A DNA stretch of 64,000 nucleotides. Source: Octopus vulgaris (lineage: Eukaryota). The position numbers were made by a program, and so were the translations under genes. The notes beneath the pieces were generated by a model. It was not told the DNA's origin. It was given only the letters and a program-made list of their open reading frames with translations, and searched no databases. This document shows positions 39,141-52,324 of the stretch, in pieces. Numbering within the stretch: position 1 is the stretch's first letter; every line of letters starts with the position of its first letter. The DNA lies in assembly GCA_951406725.2 (NCBI GenBank), contig OX597830.1:21638001-21702000 (forward strand). The letters run 5' to 3'.

Positions 39141-39691
39141 ATGGATAGATGGATAGGTAGGTAGGTAGGTAGGTAGGTAGGTAGGTAGGTAGGTAGGTAG
39201 GTAGGTAAGTAGGTAGGTAGGTAGGTAGGTAGGTAGGTAGGTCGGTAGATAAATAGGTAAATAGGAAAGTAAGGAAGTAGGTAGGTAAGGTAACAAAGTT
39301 CGTTGGTAGTTAAGGAGGATATATATACATATGTATATATACACATACATACATGCTTACATATATACATATACCTAGTGACAGACAGAGAGACAGAGCT
39401 GGGATAATGAGATACTTTGAATGCATGACGGGATACATGCACCAGAGGAACATGAATATAATTTGAATTGTTTTAATCAAAGGGATCAGATTTGAGGAAA
39501 TTAGTAGCAATTTAAGTCGCACAGTTTTTTTGACAGGCTCAGTGGCCCTCCACCCTCAAATGCCACGACCCCGGCTATATTGGTGACTCTGGAAAAGGTC
39601 ATTGCAAAATTAACTGCCATTAGCCCACTCTACAACACACTACCCATACATTGTGTTGGCTTTCGACGTGTTGTACACGGTTGGTTCAGTC

Positions 39692-39722
<31 letters not shown>

Positions 39723-39908
39723 GTGCAAATGCTTGTAATTTATCTACCCATTTATACGTACACATACACATACACATATACACAAACATCTCCCTTTCTC
39801 AGTCTGCCCCCTCTCTCTCTCTCTCTCTCTCTCTGTATATATGCACACACAAACACATACACACGCATGCATACACACATATATTTATGTATATTCTATA
39901 TTATGCTA

Positions 39909-39952
<44 letters not shown>

Positions 39953-40143
39953 ATACTCTTATGTTCGTATATGCACGCATAAGTATATACATATGGGCAT
40001 GCATACATACATGTAACTGTATATACATACACATACAAAGATACACATATACATACACACACAAATACTTACACACACACTTATACATACACGCATACAT
40101 ACATGCCCGCAGACAGATACATAAAGACATACATACATATAAA

Positions 40144-40174
<31 letters not shown>

Positions 40175-40281
40175 CACACACACATACACACATACATACA
40201 TACACACACCCATACATACATACATACATACATACATACATACACACATACACTCATACATGCATACTTAAATACATACAC

Positions 40282-40312
<31 letters not shown>

Positions 40313-40404
40313 CATACATACATACATACACATACATACATACATACATACATACATACATACATACATACATACATACATACATACATACATACATACA
40401 TACA

Positions 40405-40437
<33 letters not shown>

Positions 40438-41007
40438 CTAGAGTAACAAAAGAACACTGCAACAGGTTTCGGAACCCAGAGAACTTATAGAGTTGTCTCC
40501 ATTCAGTAAAACCATATCCCATCATGCTTCTGCAGTACCAATGCTAGCATCAGCATCCGGACTATCTGTCTGTTTCCTGTAACAGATCTTCAAGCTGGAC
40601 ACTCCGTCGGTAACGACGACAAGTGTTCCAGTCGACCCGATCAACGGAGCAGCGTAATCGTGAAACTGACGTGCAAGTGGCTTAGAATTCCACAGACAAG
40701 CATACCATTCACGTAGTTCTCAGGGAGATTCAGCATGACACAGAATGGGACAAAGGCCGGCTCTTTAAAATGCAGGTACCACTCATTTTTGCCAGCTGAA
40801 TGGACTGGAGCAACGTGAAATAAAGTGTCTTGCTCAAGGACACAGTACGTTGCCAGCTATCGAACTCACTTGACAACCGCGAGCTGAATAACCTAAACGA
40901 GGGGTGGGGGAATTTTTTAGTGTGGCGGGCAAAAATTTTCAACGCGAAAGGCCCCCGGGAGAATCACAAGTTCTAACTCTTATATCTGTGTAAATCTTTG
41001 TATATAC

Positions 41008-41240
41008 TCTTTTACTCTTTTACGTGTTTCAGTCATTTGACTGTGGCCATGCTGGAGCACCGCCTTTAGTCGAGCAAATCGACCCCAGGACTTATTCTTT
41101 GTAAGCCTAACACTTATTCTATTGGTCTCTTTTGCCGAACCGCTATGTTACGGGAACGTAAATACACCAGCATCGGTTGTCAAGTGATGTTGAGGGACAA
41201 ACAGACACACAAATATATACACTCATACACATATACCGTG

Positions 41241-41325
<85 letters not shown>

Positions 41326-41502
41326 TATATACATACATACGACGGGCTTCTTTCAGTTTCCGTCTACCAAATCCACTCACAAGGCTTTGGTCGGCCCGAG
41401 GCTATAGTAGAAGACACTTGCTCAAGATGCCACGCTGTGGGACTGAACCCGGAACCATGTGGTGGGTAAGCGAGCTACTTACCACACAACCACTCCTACG
41501 CC
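41008..41502 (-). mobile_element. Full-length SINE S2 with expanded internal (TA)n
   Basis: S2 head, body and tail. Confidence 0.92.
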
Positions 41503-41797
41503 TATGTCTATGTATAGTTCGATATACATTAATAAAGACAAGTTTAACACATTAATTTAACGCGTAACATCTTCATTAACGCCACCACTAAATTAAGGAT
41601 GCTTATATTACTTATGAGGTATTCTATTTTTTTCTAGAATGTACCTATCCTAATGTTGGAGAAATCATAACAATCAAGCACAGACCAAATTTAATTTTAA
41701 TCTAAGTGTTTCGGTCCTAAACACTTAGAAACGTGCCTTCACAGCATCAAAACTAGGATTATATTAACGATCACTGCTAACTTCCTCATCAACGGTG

Positions 41798-42080
41798 ACA
41801 TCATCATCATCATTGTTCGACCGTGGTCGAGACAATGCAATTTACCATGCTACGCCAGACTTCACGGTCCATCATGGCATTCCGGAGGTCCTGTTGCTGG
41901 ATGCCTGTATTCCTGGTGATTACATTAGGGTAGGAGAGCGTGCGCCCTCTGGTATTGCGAGTAGATGGCTTCCAGAGGAGAAGAGTAGAAATTATCTCTT
42001 TTTCAGCTCTACAACAATGTCCAGCAAACTGGACTCTCCTACCTTTCACAAGAGATGACACACGTGGTAGTTTCCCAGTT
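41798..42080 (-). mobile_element. RTE/RTE-X-type LINE 3' end, (GAT)n tail
   Basis: SSLVKGRRVQFAGHCCRAEKEIISTLLLWKPS...DLRNAMMDREVWR then tgatgatgatg. Confidence 0.82.
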
Positions 42081-42149
42081 TCAACGGTGACGCTGGGACT
42101 ATGAAAAACAGAAAGATGGAGGCAGCCGCATAAGCTCAGTCCAAATAGG

Positions 42150-42532
42150 CTTTGAGTGCAGCTTTTTTGCATTCTGACAACATCTACTGAACGCTAACGG
42201 GAGAAATGAGTACGTCACTTTTGGGCTCAGTAGTGGAAGAGCTTGGTTAGGAAATATTGCTTCATCCTCCATATTCTCCAGACTTTGCTCCTTCTGATTT
42301 TCACTTGTTTTGAGGACTACAGACCCATTTGAATGGTCTTAGGTTGACATCAAAGGAAGAGGCTGAAAATGAGTTGGATCCATATTTCGTATCAAAGCCT
42401 AAACAATTTTGAAAGATGGAATGAAGTTCTAGAAAGCAATGGAAATTATGTTACCAAATATTGTCTTAACCATGGGCTTTTTCATCTTTAATAGAGACCT
42501 TAAAATCGGCCATTACCTTAGCACCAACCTGC
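42150..42532 (+). mobile_element. Mariner transposase C-terminal relic with right TIR
   Basis: ELG*EILLHPPYSPDFAPSDFHLF*GLQTHL; end ggccattaccttagcaccaacct resembles Hsmar1/MADE1-type TIRs. Confidence 0.87.
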
Positions 42533-43143
42533 CTGTATATACATACATACACACATACATACACACATACATACATACATACACACATACATACACACAT
42601 ACATACATACATACATACATACATACATACATACTTACATACATACATACACACATGCATACACACATGCATACATACATACATACATACATACATACAC
42701 ACATGCATACATACATGCATACATACATACATACATACACACATACGTACATACATACATACATACATACATACATACATACATACATACATACATACAT
42801 ACATACATACATACATACACACGCACACGCGCGCACATATACCAGCGGAACACTATGTAACAGATTTTTTCCTTACAGAAAAAGAAAAAGAAAAATGATA
42901 TGAATCGCATTCTCCAAATCCAATCGATGCGGAAATTTGTAAAAGATTTGTAAACCATTCCAAAGAACCTTTATATTTAATTGTTGAAGACTTCTCAAAT
43001 TTCGTTTCTGGATCTTTATGTAAATTCGTGTGTTAAAACAATCGATTAATTATTTGGATATTTAACCAATCAACTAATAATAAACGAGTGGAATTGAACC
43101 AGTGCGGGTGTTAAAAATGTTGGCATAACGACTCTCCCTAGAC

Positions 43144-43362
43144 CAGTGCTTTTCAAACTTTTTGCTGGAGCGGAACCCCAAGGAAACATTCCACTGGCTC
43201 AAGGAACCCCTGTGCAATAATTTAATAGTATTATGCACACATATCTACACAGGAGAATTAAAAATTACTGCCGATTTTAGCAGTTTTGTAACTTCTTGCG
43301 GAACTCCTGGACTGTACTGGCGGAACCCTAAGGTTCCGCGGAACCCTAGTTGAAAACCACTG
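43144..43362. mobile_element. hAT (Charlie-type) MITE, 219 bp, 8-bp TSD
   Basis: TIRs cagtgcttttcaa / ttgaaaaccactg; TSD ccctagac at 43136-43143 and 43363-43370; subterminal cggaacc repeats. Confidence 0.93.
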
Positions 43363-43827
43363 CCCTAGACACAACAAAATTTCTCAAATTGTTTTTATAA
43401 TTTAGTCACTGTTAAGACTTTGTGGACAAAAATGACAGTTATTCACACATGTACTAAGGATCATCCATATCATCGACATACACGAAGACATGCGAGAAAA
43501 ATCTGTAAAATTTACTAGCCACAACTTAGTTACTTTCGTTCAAGAGTGAATGATGTCGCCATCTTGGAAAATTTCTTGGAGGTTTTCTTCCCTAAAACGA
43601 GTTGAACTCATAGTCCTCTTCGCTTTTACACTTTCCCCATCATTCTTGAAGCTGTTTCTTCTTCTTCTATCTTCTGTCTTCTTAATATTACATTTTAGCT
43701 GGATCACAAATAGCCCGAAGCCCAAAAGGAGCTAAGCATAGAGGGGACAAACAAGGACAGACAAAGGTAGTAAGTCGATTATATCGACCCCAGTGCGTAA
43801 CTGGTACTTAATTTATCGACCCCGTCG

Positions 43828-43937
<110 letters not shown>

Positions 43938-44277
43938 GCGTGTGTGTGTGTGTGTATGAGTGTATATGTTTGTGTGTCTGTTTGTCCCCCAAGCTTGACA
44001 ACCGATGCTAGTGTGTTTACGTTCCCGTAACATAGCGGTGATCCCGTCGTCTGCTAAAAGATGATAGCGGTTCGCTCCCCTGCTTGCGATTTATATCGGG
44101 TGCAGATTGCATCGATAACCAGGTGGAGGAGGATCTTCCTGGTGTTAAAAACGGTACTAACGTCGATTACCATGGAACTGCCATATTGATGTGGACATAA
44201 ACATTACTTCTCAGAAAAGATTAATATACATATAAATACAAACGAAGGTTATCATTATATATATATATATATATATA

Positions 44278-44700
44278 TGCAGGAGTGACTATGTGGTAAG
44301 TAGCTTTCTTACCAACTACACGGTTCCGGGTTCAGTCCCACTGCATGGCATCTTGGGCAAGTGTCTTCTGTTATAGCCTCGGGCCGACCAAAGCCTTGTG
44401 AGTGGATTTGGTAGGCGGAAACTGAAAGAAGCCCGTCGTATATATGTATACATATATATATATATGTGTGTGGATGGGTGGGTGTATGTTTGTGTGTCTG
44501 TGTTTGTCCCCCTTAGCATTGCTTGACAACCGATGCTGGTGTGTTTATGTCCCCATCACTTAGCGGTTCGGCAAAATAGACCAATAGAATAAGTACTAGG
44601 CTTACAAAAAATCAGTCTCGGGGTCGATTTGCTCGACTAAAGGCGGTGCTCCAGCATGGTCGCAGTCAAATGACTGAAACAAGTAAAATAGTAAAGAGTA
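44278..44700 (+). mobile_element. Full-length SINE S2
   Basis: S2 head, body and tail. Confidence 0.92.
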
Positions 44701-45243
44701 TATATATATACACACGTGCACATATCTGTGCGCGTGCGTTTACGTGTGTATGTGGGTGTGTATGTCTACGCTTGTGTGTGTGTGTGTGTGTGTGTGTTTC
44801 ATTCACAGGGGCTGTCTGTGCTGCACCTTATTACAATCTAAATATAAACGCTTCATCCAGACATAAAATTTGTATTATTTAACTTCTTCGTCTGAAGAAT
44901 TTCCAACTGGAATTTCCTTACATGTTTATTCGACATGTTAAACTTTGTAATTCCTATTAGCACTTGAAACATGTGTAATGGTGAATAAATAATACCAAAT
45001 AATTTCAAATTTCTTCTGTTTTGTTATGCAATATTTCTACAAATAATGTTTCCATAATTCTCAAATTTTAATATGTATTTTGACTAACATACAGCAGCAA
45101 CTGAGACTACATATTGTATAGTAATAATGGAATAAACAGCGGTGCTTCAAGAGGAAACAGCTGGGGGTTTATGCTTCCGTCAACCAGATCCACTCACAAG
45201 GCTTGGTCAGCCCGAAGCTGTAGTAGAAGACACTTGCTCAAGG

Positions 45244-45469
45244 CGAGCTGGCAGAATGGTTAGCACGCCGGGCGAAATGCTTTAGGGTATTTCGTCTGCC
45301 GTTATGTTCTGAGTTCAAATTCCGCCGAGATCGACTTTGCCTTTCATCCTTTCGGAGTCGATAAATTAAGTACCAGTTACGCACTGGGGTCGATATAATC
45401 GACTTACTACTTTTGTCTGTCCTTGTTTGTCCCCTCTATGCTTAGCTCCGTTTGGGCAATAAAGAAATA
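45244..45469 (+). mobile_element. SINE S1 (tail A) inserted in an antisense S2 copy (45175-45546), ~16-19-bp TSD
   Basis: agaagacacttgc(t/c)caagg at 45225-45243 and 45470-45488. Confidence 0.9.
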
Positions 45470-45571
45470 AGAAGACACTTGCCCAAGGTGCCACACAGTG
45501 AAACTGAACCCGGAGCAAAGTGGTTGGGAAGCAACATTCTTACCACACACACACACACATACACATACACA

Positions 45572-45609
<38 letters not shown>

Positions 45610-46139
45610 TATACACATATATACATTGCCGCAGTTTGAAAAGTAGATTTCGATGAAATAATGAATTAGCAGTTAACCCTATGTATTTAATCAATAGGAA
45701 AATGTTAATTTTACATGAAGACTAAATGTATACTGATATCATTTCCTGTGCGCATGCGCATACACAAGCATACACACACACGTACGAACGCACACGCACA
45801 GACAGACATGTATAAGGATATATCTGCATATATGTGTATATGTAGATAGATGTATTAAAAATATATAATCTACACACATGCATATATACAAATATTCAGA
45901 GAGAGAGAGAGAGGCAGAGAGAGCGAGAGAGAGAGGCAGAAAGAGAGAGAGAGGCAGAAACAGAGAGAAGCAGAAACAGAGAGAGAGAGAGGCAGAAACA
46001 AAGAGAGAGAGAGAGAAGGAGAGGGACAGGCAAGGTTGAGTGGTCAAGAACCCGCAAACACATGCCTTCGCGTTCTGTCTTACCGCACGGTGTTTTCTCC
46101 AAGAATCTTGTATTATAGCCCCTTGTCCATGGCGTCGGT

Positions 46140-46208
46140 ACTAGCGTAGCTAGAGGGGGTGTTGAGGGGCGGTCCGACCCGAGTGACACTGACTCTAGCT
46201 ACGCTAGT
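46140..46208. mobile_element. 69-bp miniature inverted-repeat element
   Basis: Perfect 16-bp inverted repeats actagcgtagctagag / ctctagctacgctagt; no clear TSD. Confidence 0.6.
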
Positions 46209-46668
46209 GGGTATTGGTAGACGTTAACTGTACTGGATCTGTCGTGTGTGTGTGTAGGTAAGGTATATTGCTGGAGCTATATATGTATATATATGACCGA
46301 AGGGGGTCTCCTCCTCCTCCTATATATATATAGAGAGAGAGAGAGGAGGAGGAGGAGACCCCCCCCCTTCGGTCATGAGTGACCATGTGATTGCACCTAG
46401 AAAGTTCCCTTCAGATGCACAAGTCAGGGCAAGATTGTTTGTGGAAGGCTAACAGTCGCCCATGCATACCAGCCTTCCCTCTCCACACCACCGACGTTAT
46501 CCAAGGGGAAAGGTTAAGGGGCCGATACAGCTTGGCACCTGTAACGTTGCAACTGGAGCAACGTGAAATAAAGTGTCTTGCTCAAGAACACAACACAGCC
46601 CGGTCCGGGAATCGAACTCACAACCTCACGATTGTAAGCTCTACACTCTAACCACTGAGCTATGTGCC

Positions 46669-46704
<36 letters not shown>

Positions 46705-46719
46705 CACACACACACACAC

Positions 46720-46750
<31 letters not shown>

Positions 46751-46879
46751 CATGTATGTATGTATACGTGTGTGTTTTTGTTTGTATTTGTTCCACCAGC
46801 GCTTGAATGACCGGTGTATTCGTGCTTATATACTCGAACCTAACCGGTGTGGGAAAAATACAAACTGATAAAGTACCAC

Positions 46880-47283
46880 GGCAGAAACGTTAGCACCCCG
46901 GACGGAATGCGTAGCCGTATTTCGTCTGCCACTACGTTCTGAGTTCAAATTCCGCCGAGGTCGACTTTGCCTTTCATCCTTTTGGGGTCGATAAATTAAG
47001 TACCAGTTACGCACTGGGGTCGATATAATCGACTTAATCCTTTTGTGTGCCCTTGTTTGTCCCTTCTGTGTGTGGCCCCTTGTGGGTAGTAAAGAAATAG
47101 GTATTTCGTCTGCCGCTACGTTCTGAGTTCCAATTTCGCCGTTGTCGACTTTGCCTTTCATCCTTTCGAGGTCGATTAAATAAGTACCAGTTACGCACTG
47201 GGGTCGATATAATCGACTTAATCCCTTTGTCTGTCCTTGTTTGTCCCCTCTTTGTTTAGTCCCCTGTGGGCAATAAAGAGATA
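46880..47283 (+). mobile_element. SINE S1 dimer, both units with tail A
   Basis: Junction aaagaaata|ggtatttcgtctg at 47099/47100. Confidence 0.9.
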
Positions 47284-47945
47284 AAAAAAAGACAATAAAA
47301 AATAGAGAGAGGGTCGACGCTGTGCTCCAGCATGGCCGCAGTCCAATGGCCTAAACAAATAAAAGAGAACACAACAGGGTATGTCCCTCGGCTTCGTACT
47401 TACTATTGCACTTGCCTGGCAACAGTACACATAGCTTTCTCTTCTACTATACGCAGAAGGCCCGAAATTTTTGGTGAGAGGAGCAGTCGATTAGATCAAC
47501 CCCAGTACGCAACTGGTACTTAGTCCATCGACCCCAAACGGATGAAAGGCAAAGTCGACCTCGGCAGAAGAGTACACATAGCATTGAAATGGTGAGCAGG
47601 TTTCTGGCGTGGTGAAGTGGAGCGGGACTTTTTCTACTGGGGTATTGCAATTTAGACCAATGAGAGGCTATTTAACATTTTAGTTATGGTCGCTTCGCCC
47701 CTGGTCAGCTTTGATTGAGCTTGATATATGATTAAACACACATCAACCGTGGTCATCCCGTTGGTGGGTTTTTTTTTTAGAGAGGAGTAATTTTTTAGTT
47801 ATACCTTATGACACCATTGCCAACGATCTGACGTAAATTTCATACATACATACATACATAGGTATACATACATACGTACGTACATACATACATATACATA
47901 CGGACGTACATACAGACAGACAGACGATCAGACAGACAGAGAGAT

Positions 47946-48144
<199 letters not shown>

Positions 48145-48304
48145 CATTCATACATACATACAGACAGACAGATACACAAACATATAGACAGACACAGACA
48201 GACAGGCAGACAGACAGACATACGTATGTACGTATGTATGTATAGAAAAACAGACAGACATATGCATATATAAATGCATACGCACACATGTATGTATGTA
48301 TGTA

Positions 48305-48340
<36 letters not shown>

Positions 48341-49273
48341 TGTATGTATATATGTATGTATGTGTGTATATATGTATGTATGTATGTATGCATGCGTGTA
48401 TATACTCACTTGAGTGTATTTCGACATTAAGTTATCAAGCTATCTTGAAAACAACCAGAAATTATATGCGTCTGTTTTGTCGGTGTAGGTTTATGCATAC
48501 GTGAGTATAAAATCATATTTATAGACATATACACTCTCAAACATTCACACACACACACACGTACACTCATACACACATACACATATGCATACATATATAC
48601 ATAAACACGCATACACATAATTCAATTCATATCTTTTACCAGTCATATAAACGTAAATATACGCAGCCGCGCACACATAGCACAAATGGAAATACAGACA
48701 TCTTTATTTGCGTATGCATGTACATGGTATGTATCTATGCATGTATGTATGTATGTATGTTTATATGTATGTCTGTATGATGTGCTGCGTCAGTGTGTAT
48801 TGTGTATATGAGCACATCTGGCTACGTGTGGTGTGCTATCGACAAATGTACATTTGCATATAAATCATAAACACCCACGTAAATGTATGACCACAAATAT
48901 GCATCTGTGTGTCTATATATGCATATATACATGCATATACATTTATACATGTGCATATATATATATATATATATATATCCATATATATATTTGTATATGC
49001 ATTATATATGTAATATATAATACATAAATATATTTATTTATAATACACACACACACACACGCACACGCGCACATATATATATATGTATATACACACATAT
49101 ATATGTATATATATGTGTGTGTGTGCATGTGCATACATACCCATTTTCTCACAAACATATGCGGCCATATTGATATACATAAACATACAATTGCATATAC
49201 AAATAACCACACCATCTCACAATCCTATACATATACATACATATATATACATTCATCCATCCATGCATCTATG

Positions 49274-49376
<103 letters not shown>

Positions 49377-49779
49377 GTACATACATGCATACATACATAA
49401 ATACGTATATACACACATACGTGCGTGCTTGAACACGTGGACAGGCACACACTCTTTCATATAAACTCATGAATGAATATAGCTAACGTAACACATAAAC
49501 GTATTCACATATACGAACATAAATGCAATCAAATGAATACACACACACACATACACACACGCACATATGTACACTTGTATCTAAACTAACAGACGCGCGT
49601 GTGCGCACAGGCATACACTCACACACACATTCACACAGACACACGCGCATACATATTCATATCCACATCCATACAGTATCTCACGCATGCACACATACAC
49701 AAATTCACACACAAACACAGAAATACATCACCTAATACTCGTATTCAGATGTACGGTGTTAGCCAGATCGATTCAGTAT

Positions 49780-50000
49780 ATGGCAACGGATGCTGTCAGA
49801 GCTACAGCTAAACAGAACCGAAGACTAGAGGGCGCTAGTTAACTCTCGCATCAGCTGCTATACTGATGGTCGGCCGCCATGTTTTTCTTTTTATTCATTT
49901 AATGTTTCTTGTTGCGTTTCTTGAAGGTTTTATGTCATTGTCATAAAATTACTCTTCGGCACAGCTTCATTTGATGGACTTTGCAGAGCGGCCATATTTA
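49780..50000. promoter_or_regulatory. Candidate cis-regulatory cluster (CTCF-like and two YY1-like motifs)
   Basis: actagagggcgct at ~49824-49836; cggccgccatgttt at 49871-49884; gcggccatattt at 49988-49999, in non-repetitive sequence. Motif match only. Confidence 0.35.
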
Positions 50001-50157
50001 AACATTGATTTCTTTAAATATCTCACTTTAGATCTATCTTGCTCAGTAGCTCGCTGTTTGACTAACTATATATATACGGAGAAGAAGAGACTGAGATAGA
50101 GAGGAAGAGAGAGAGAAAGAGGGACAGAGAGGGACAGACAGACAGAGAGACAGAGAA

Positions 50158-50196
<39 letters not shown>

Positions 50197-50396
50197 TAGT
50201 TAGATCTACATGCTATATATTTGCCTACTTGGTTATCAATCTATCTATCTATTTATCTGTCTATTTATCAATCTGCCTATCTATCAATCTATCAATCTAT
50301 CTATTTATCTATCTACCTATCTATCTATCCATCTATCAATCTATCTATTTATCTATCAATTTTCTTATTTATTTATCAATCAACCTATTTATCAAT

Positions 50397-50437
<41 letters not shown>

Positions 50438-50753
50438 CATATATCAATCTATCTTTTTATCTATCAATTTTTCTATCTATTTATCAATCAACCTATCTAT
50501 CAATTTATCTATCTATCTAGCTATCTGTTGTCTGTCTATCTGTCTATCTATCTATCTATCCATCTATCCATCTATCTATCTATCTCCCACTTTGTATTTA
50601 CCAACATTTCAGCTGTTTGTATAACTGCATGTTTCTAGGTCTCACTACCCAGTTATGCCTTTATTCATCTATTGTTATGTGTTTCTATTCATATATATTA
50701 TGTCATATTATACACACACACATGCACACACATACCACAAACACAAATACACT

Positions 50754-50796
<43 letters not shown>

Positions 50797-50888
50797 GGGG
50801 AAAATATTTGTTCGCTTAGTATACTTGAGCATTATTACTATTATTGTTGTTGTTGTTGTTATTGTTACTATTATTATTATCATCATCC

Positions 50889-50977
<89 letters not shown>

Positions 50978-50987
50978 GTTATTATTA

Positions 50988-51028
<41 letters not shown>

Positions 51029-51116
51029 GTTATTATTATTATTGTTATTATTATTATTATTATTATTTTCATTATTACCATCATCATCATCACCATAATC
51101 ATCATCATCAACATCA

Positions 51117-51147
<31 letters not shown>

Positions 51148-51179
51148 CATTATTATCATCATCATCGTCATCATCATCG

Positions 51180-51271
<92 letters not shown>

Positions 51272-51621
51272 GTTGTTGTTGTTGTTGTTGTTTTTGTTAC
51301 CATTAAAATTGTCATAATTCTAAAACTAAATTTTATTCGTCTTTCTCGAGCACTTTAGCAAAGTTTTGCACGAAAACATGTTCGTTATATTTGTCACGTA
51401 TTTATTTCCATAAATAATGGAGATGCATCCGCGTGCGCGCGCATGTGTGTGTGTGTTTGTGTGTATGTGTATGCGTGTATGTGTATGTGTATGTGTGTGT
51501 GTATGCATGCTAGTAGGGGGATGTTTGTGTGAGCTTGGGGGAGAGCGTACGTTGTGTGCTTCTCTCAGAATTTTTTTATATATTTGCATGCTTGTACGAA
51601 TGTACGCAGGTAAGTATGGGC

Positions 51622-51672
<51 letters not shown>

Positions 51673-51772
51673 TCTGATATTTATGAGTACATATCGCCGT
51701 GGTTCGCTAAGTTTAGCTGCAGGAAACTCTTAAAGTATTGAAGTTATGTTTACCACGCATACAAACGTGTGC

Positions 51773-51827
<55 letters not shown>

Positions 51828-51886
51828 CATATATATATATACATCTATTTATGAATGTATATATATATATGTATATATATATATGC

Positions 51887-51917
<31 letters not shown>

Positions 51918-51949
51918 CATATATATATATATATTATATATATATATGC

Positions 51950-51982
<33 letters not shown>

Positions 51983-52030
51983 CATACATATATATATATA
52001 CATATGTACATATATATGTATATATATATG

Positions 52031-52064
<34 letters not shown>

Positions 52065-52324
52065 TATACACGTGATGGCGCGTGGCCTAGTGGTTAGGGC
52101 ATTCGGCTCGCGATCATAAGGTCGTGAGTTCAATTCCCGGCGACGCGTTTTGTCCTTGAGCAAAACACTTTATTTCACGCTGCTCCTGTCCACTCAACTG
52201 GCAAAAATGAGTAGTCCATCTATCTATCTATCAGTTTGTCTATCTATCTATCTATCCATCTGTCTCTGTTTTTATCCCTATTTATGCCTAATTAGCTCTC
52301 TATCTATTAACTTATCTAACGACC

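Noticed and set aside
43540-43725. 61-aa non-repetitive minus-strand ORF as a host exon
   Set aside because: No recognisable domain or splice pair; abuts a SINE tail, so more likely TE debris. tBLASTn or RNA-seq would settle it.
44040-44210. Short complex stretch with open frames on both strands
   Set aside because: No recognisable motif; lies between SINE fragments.
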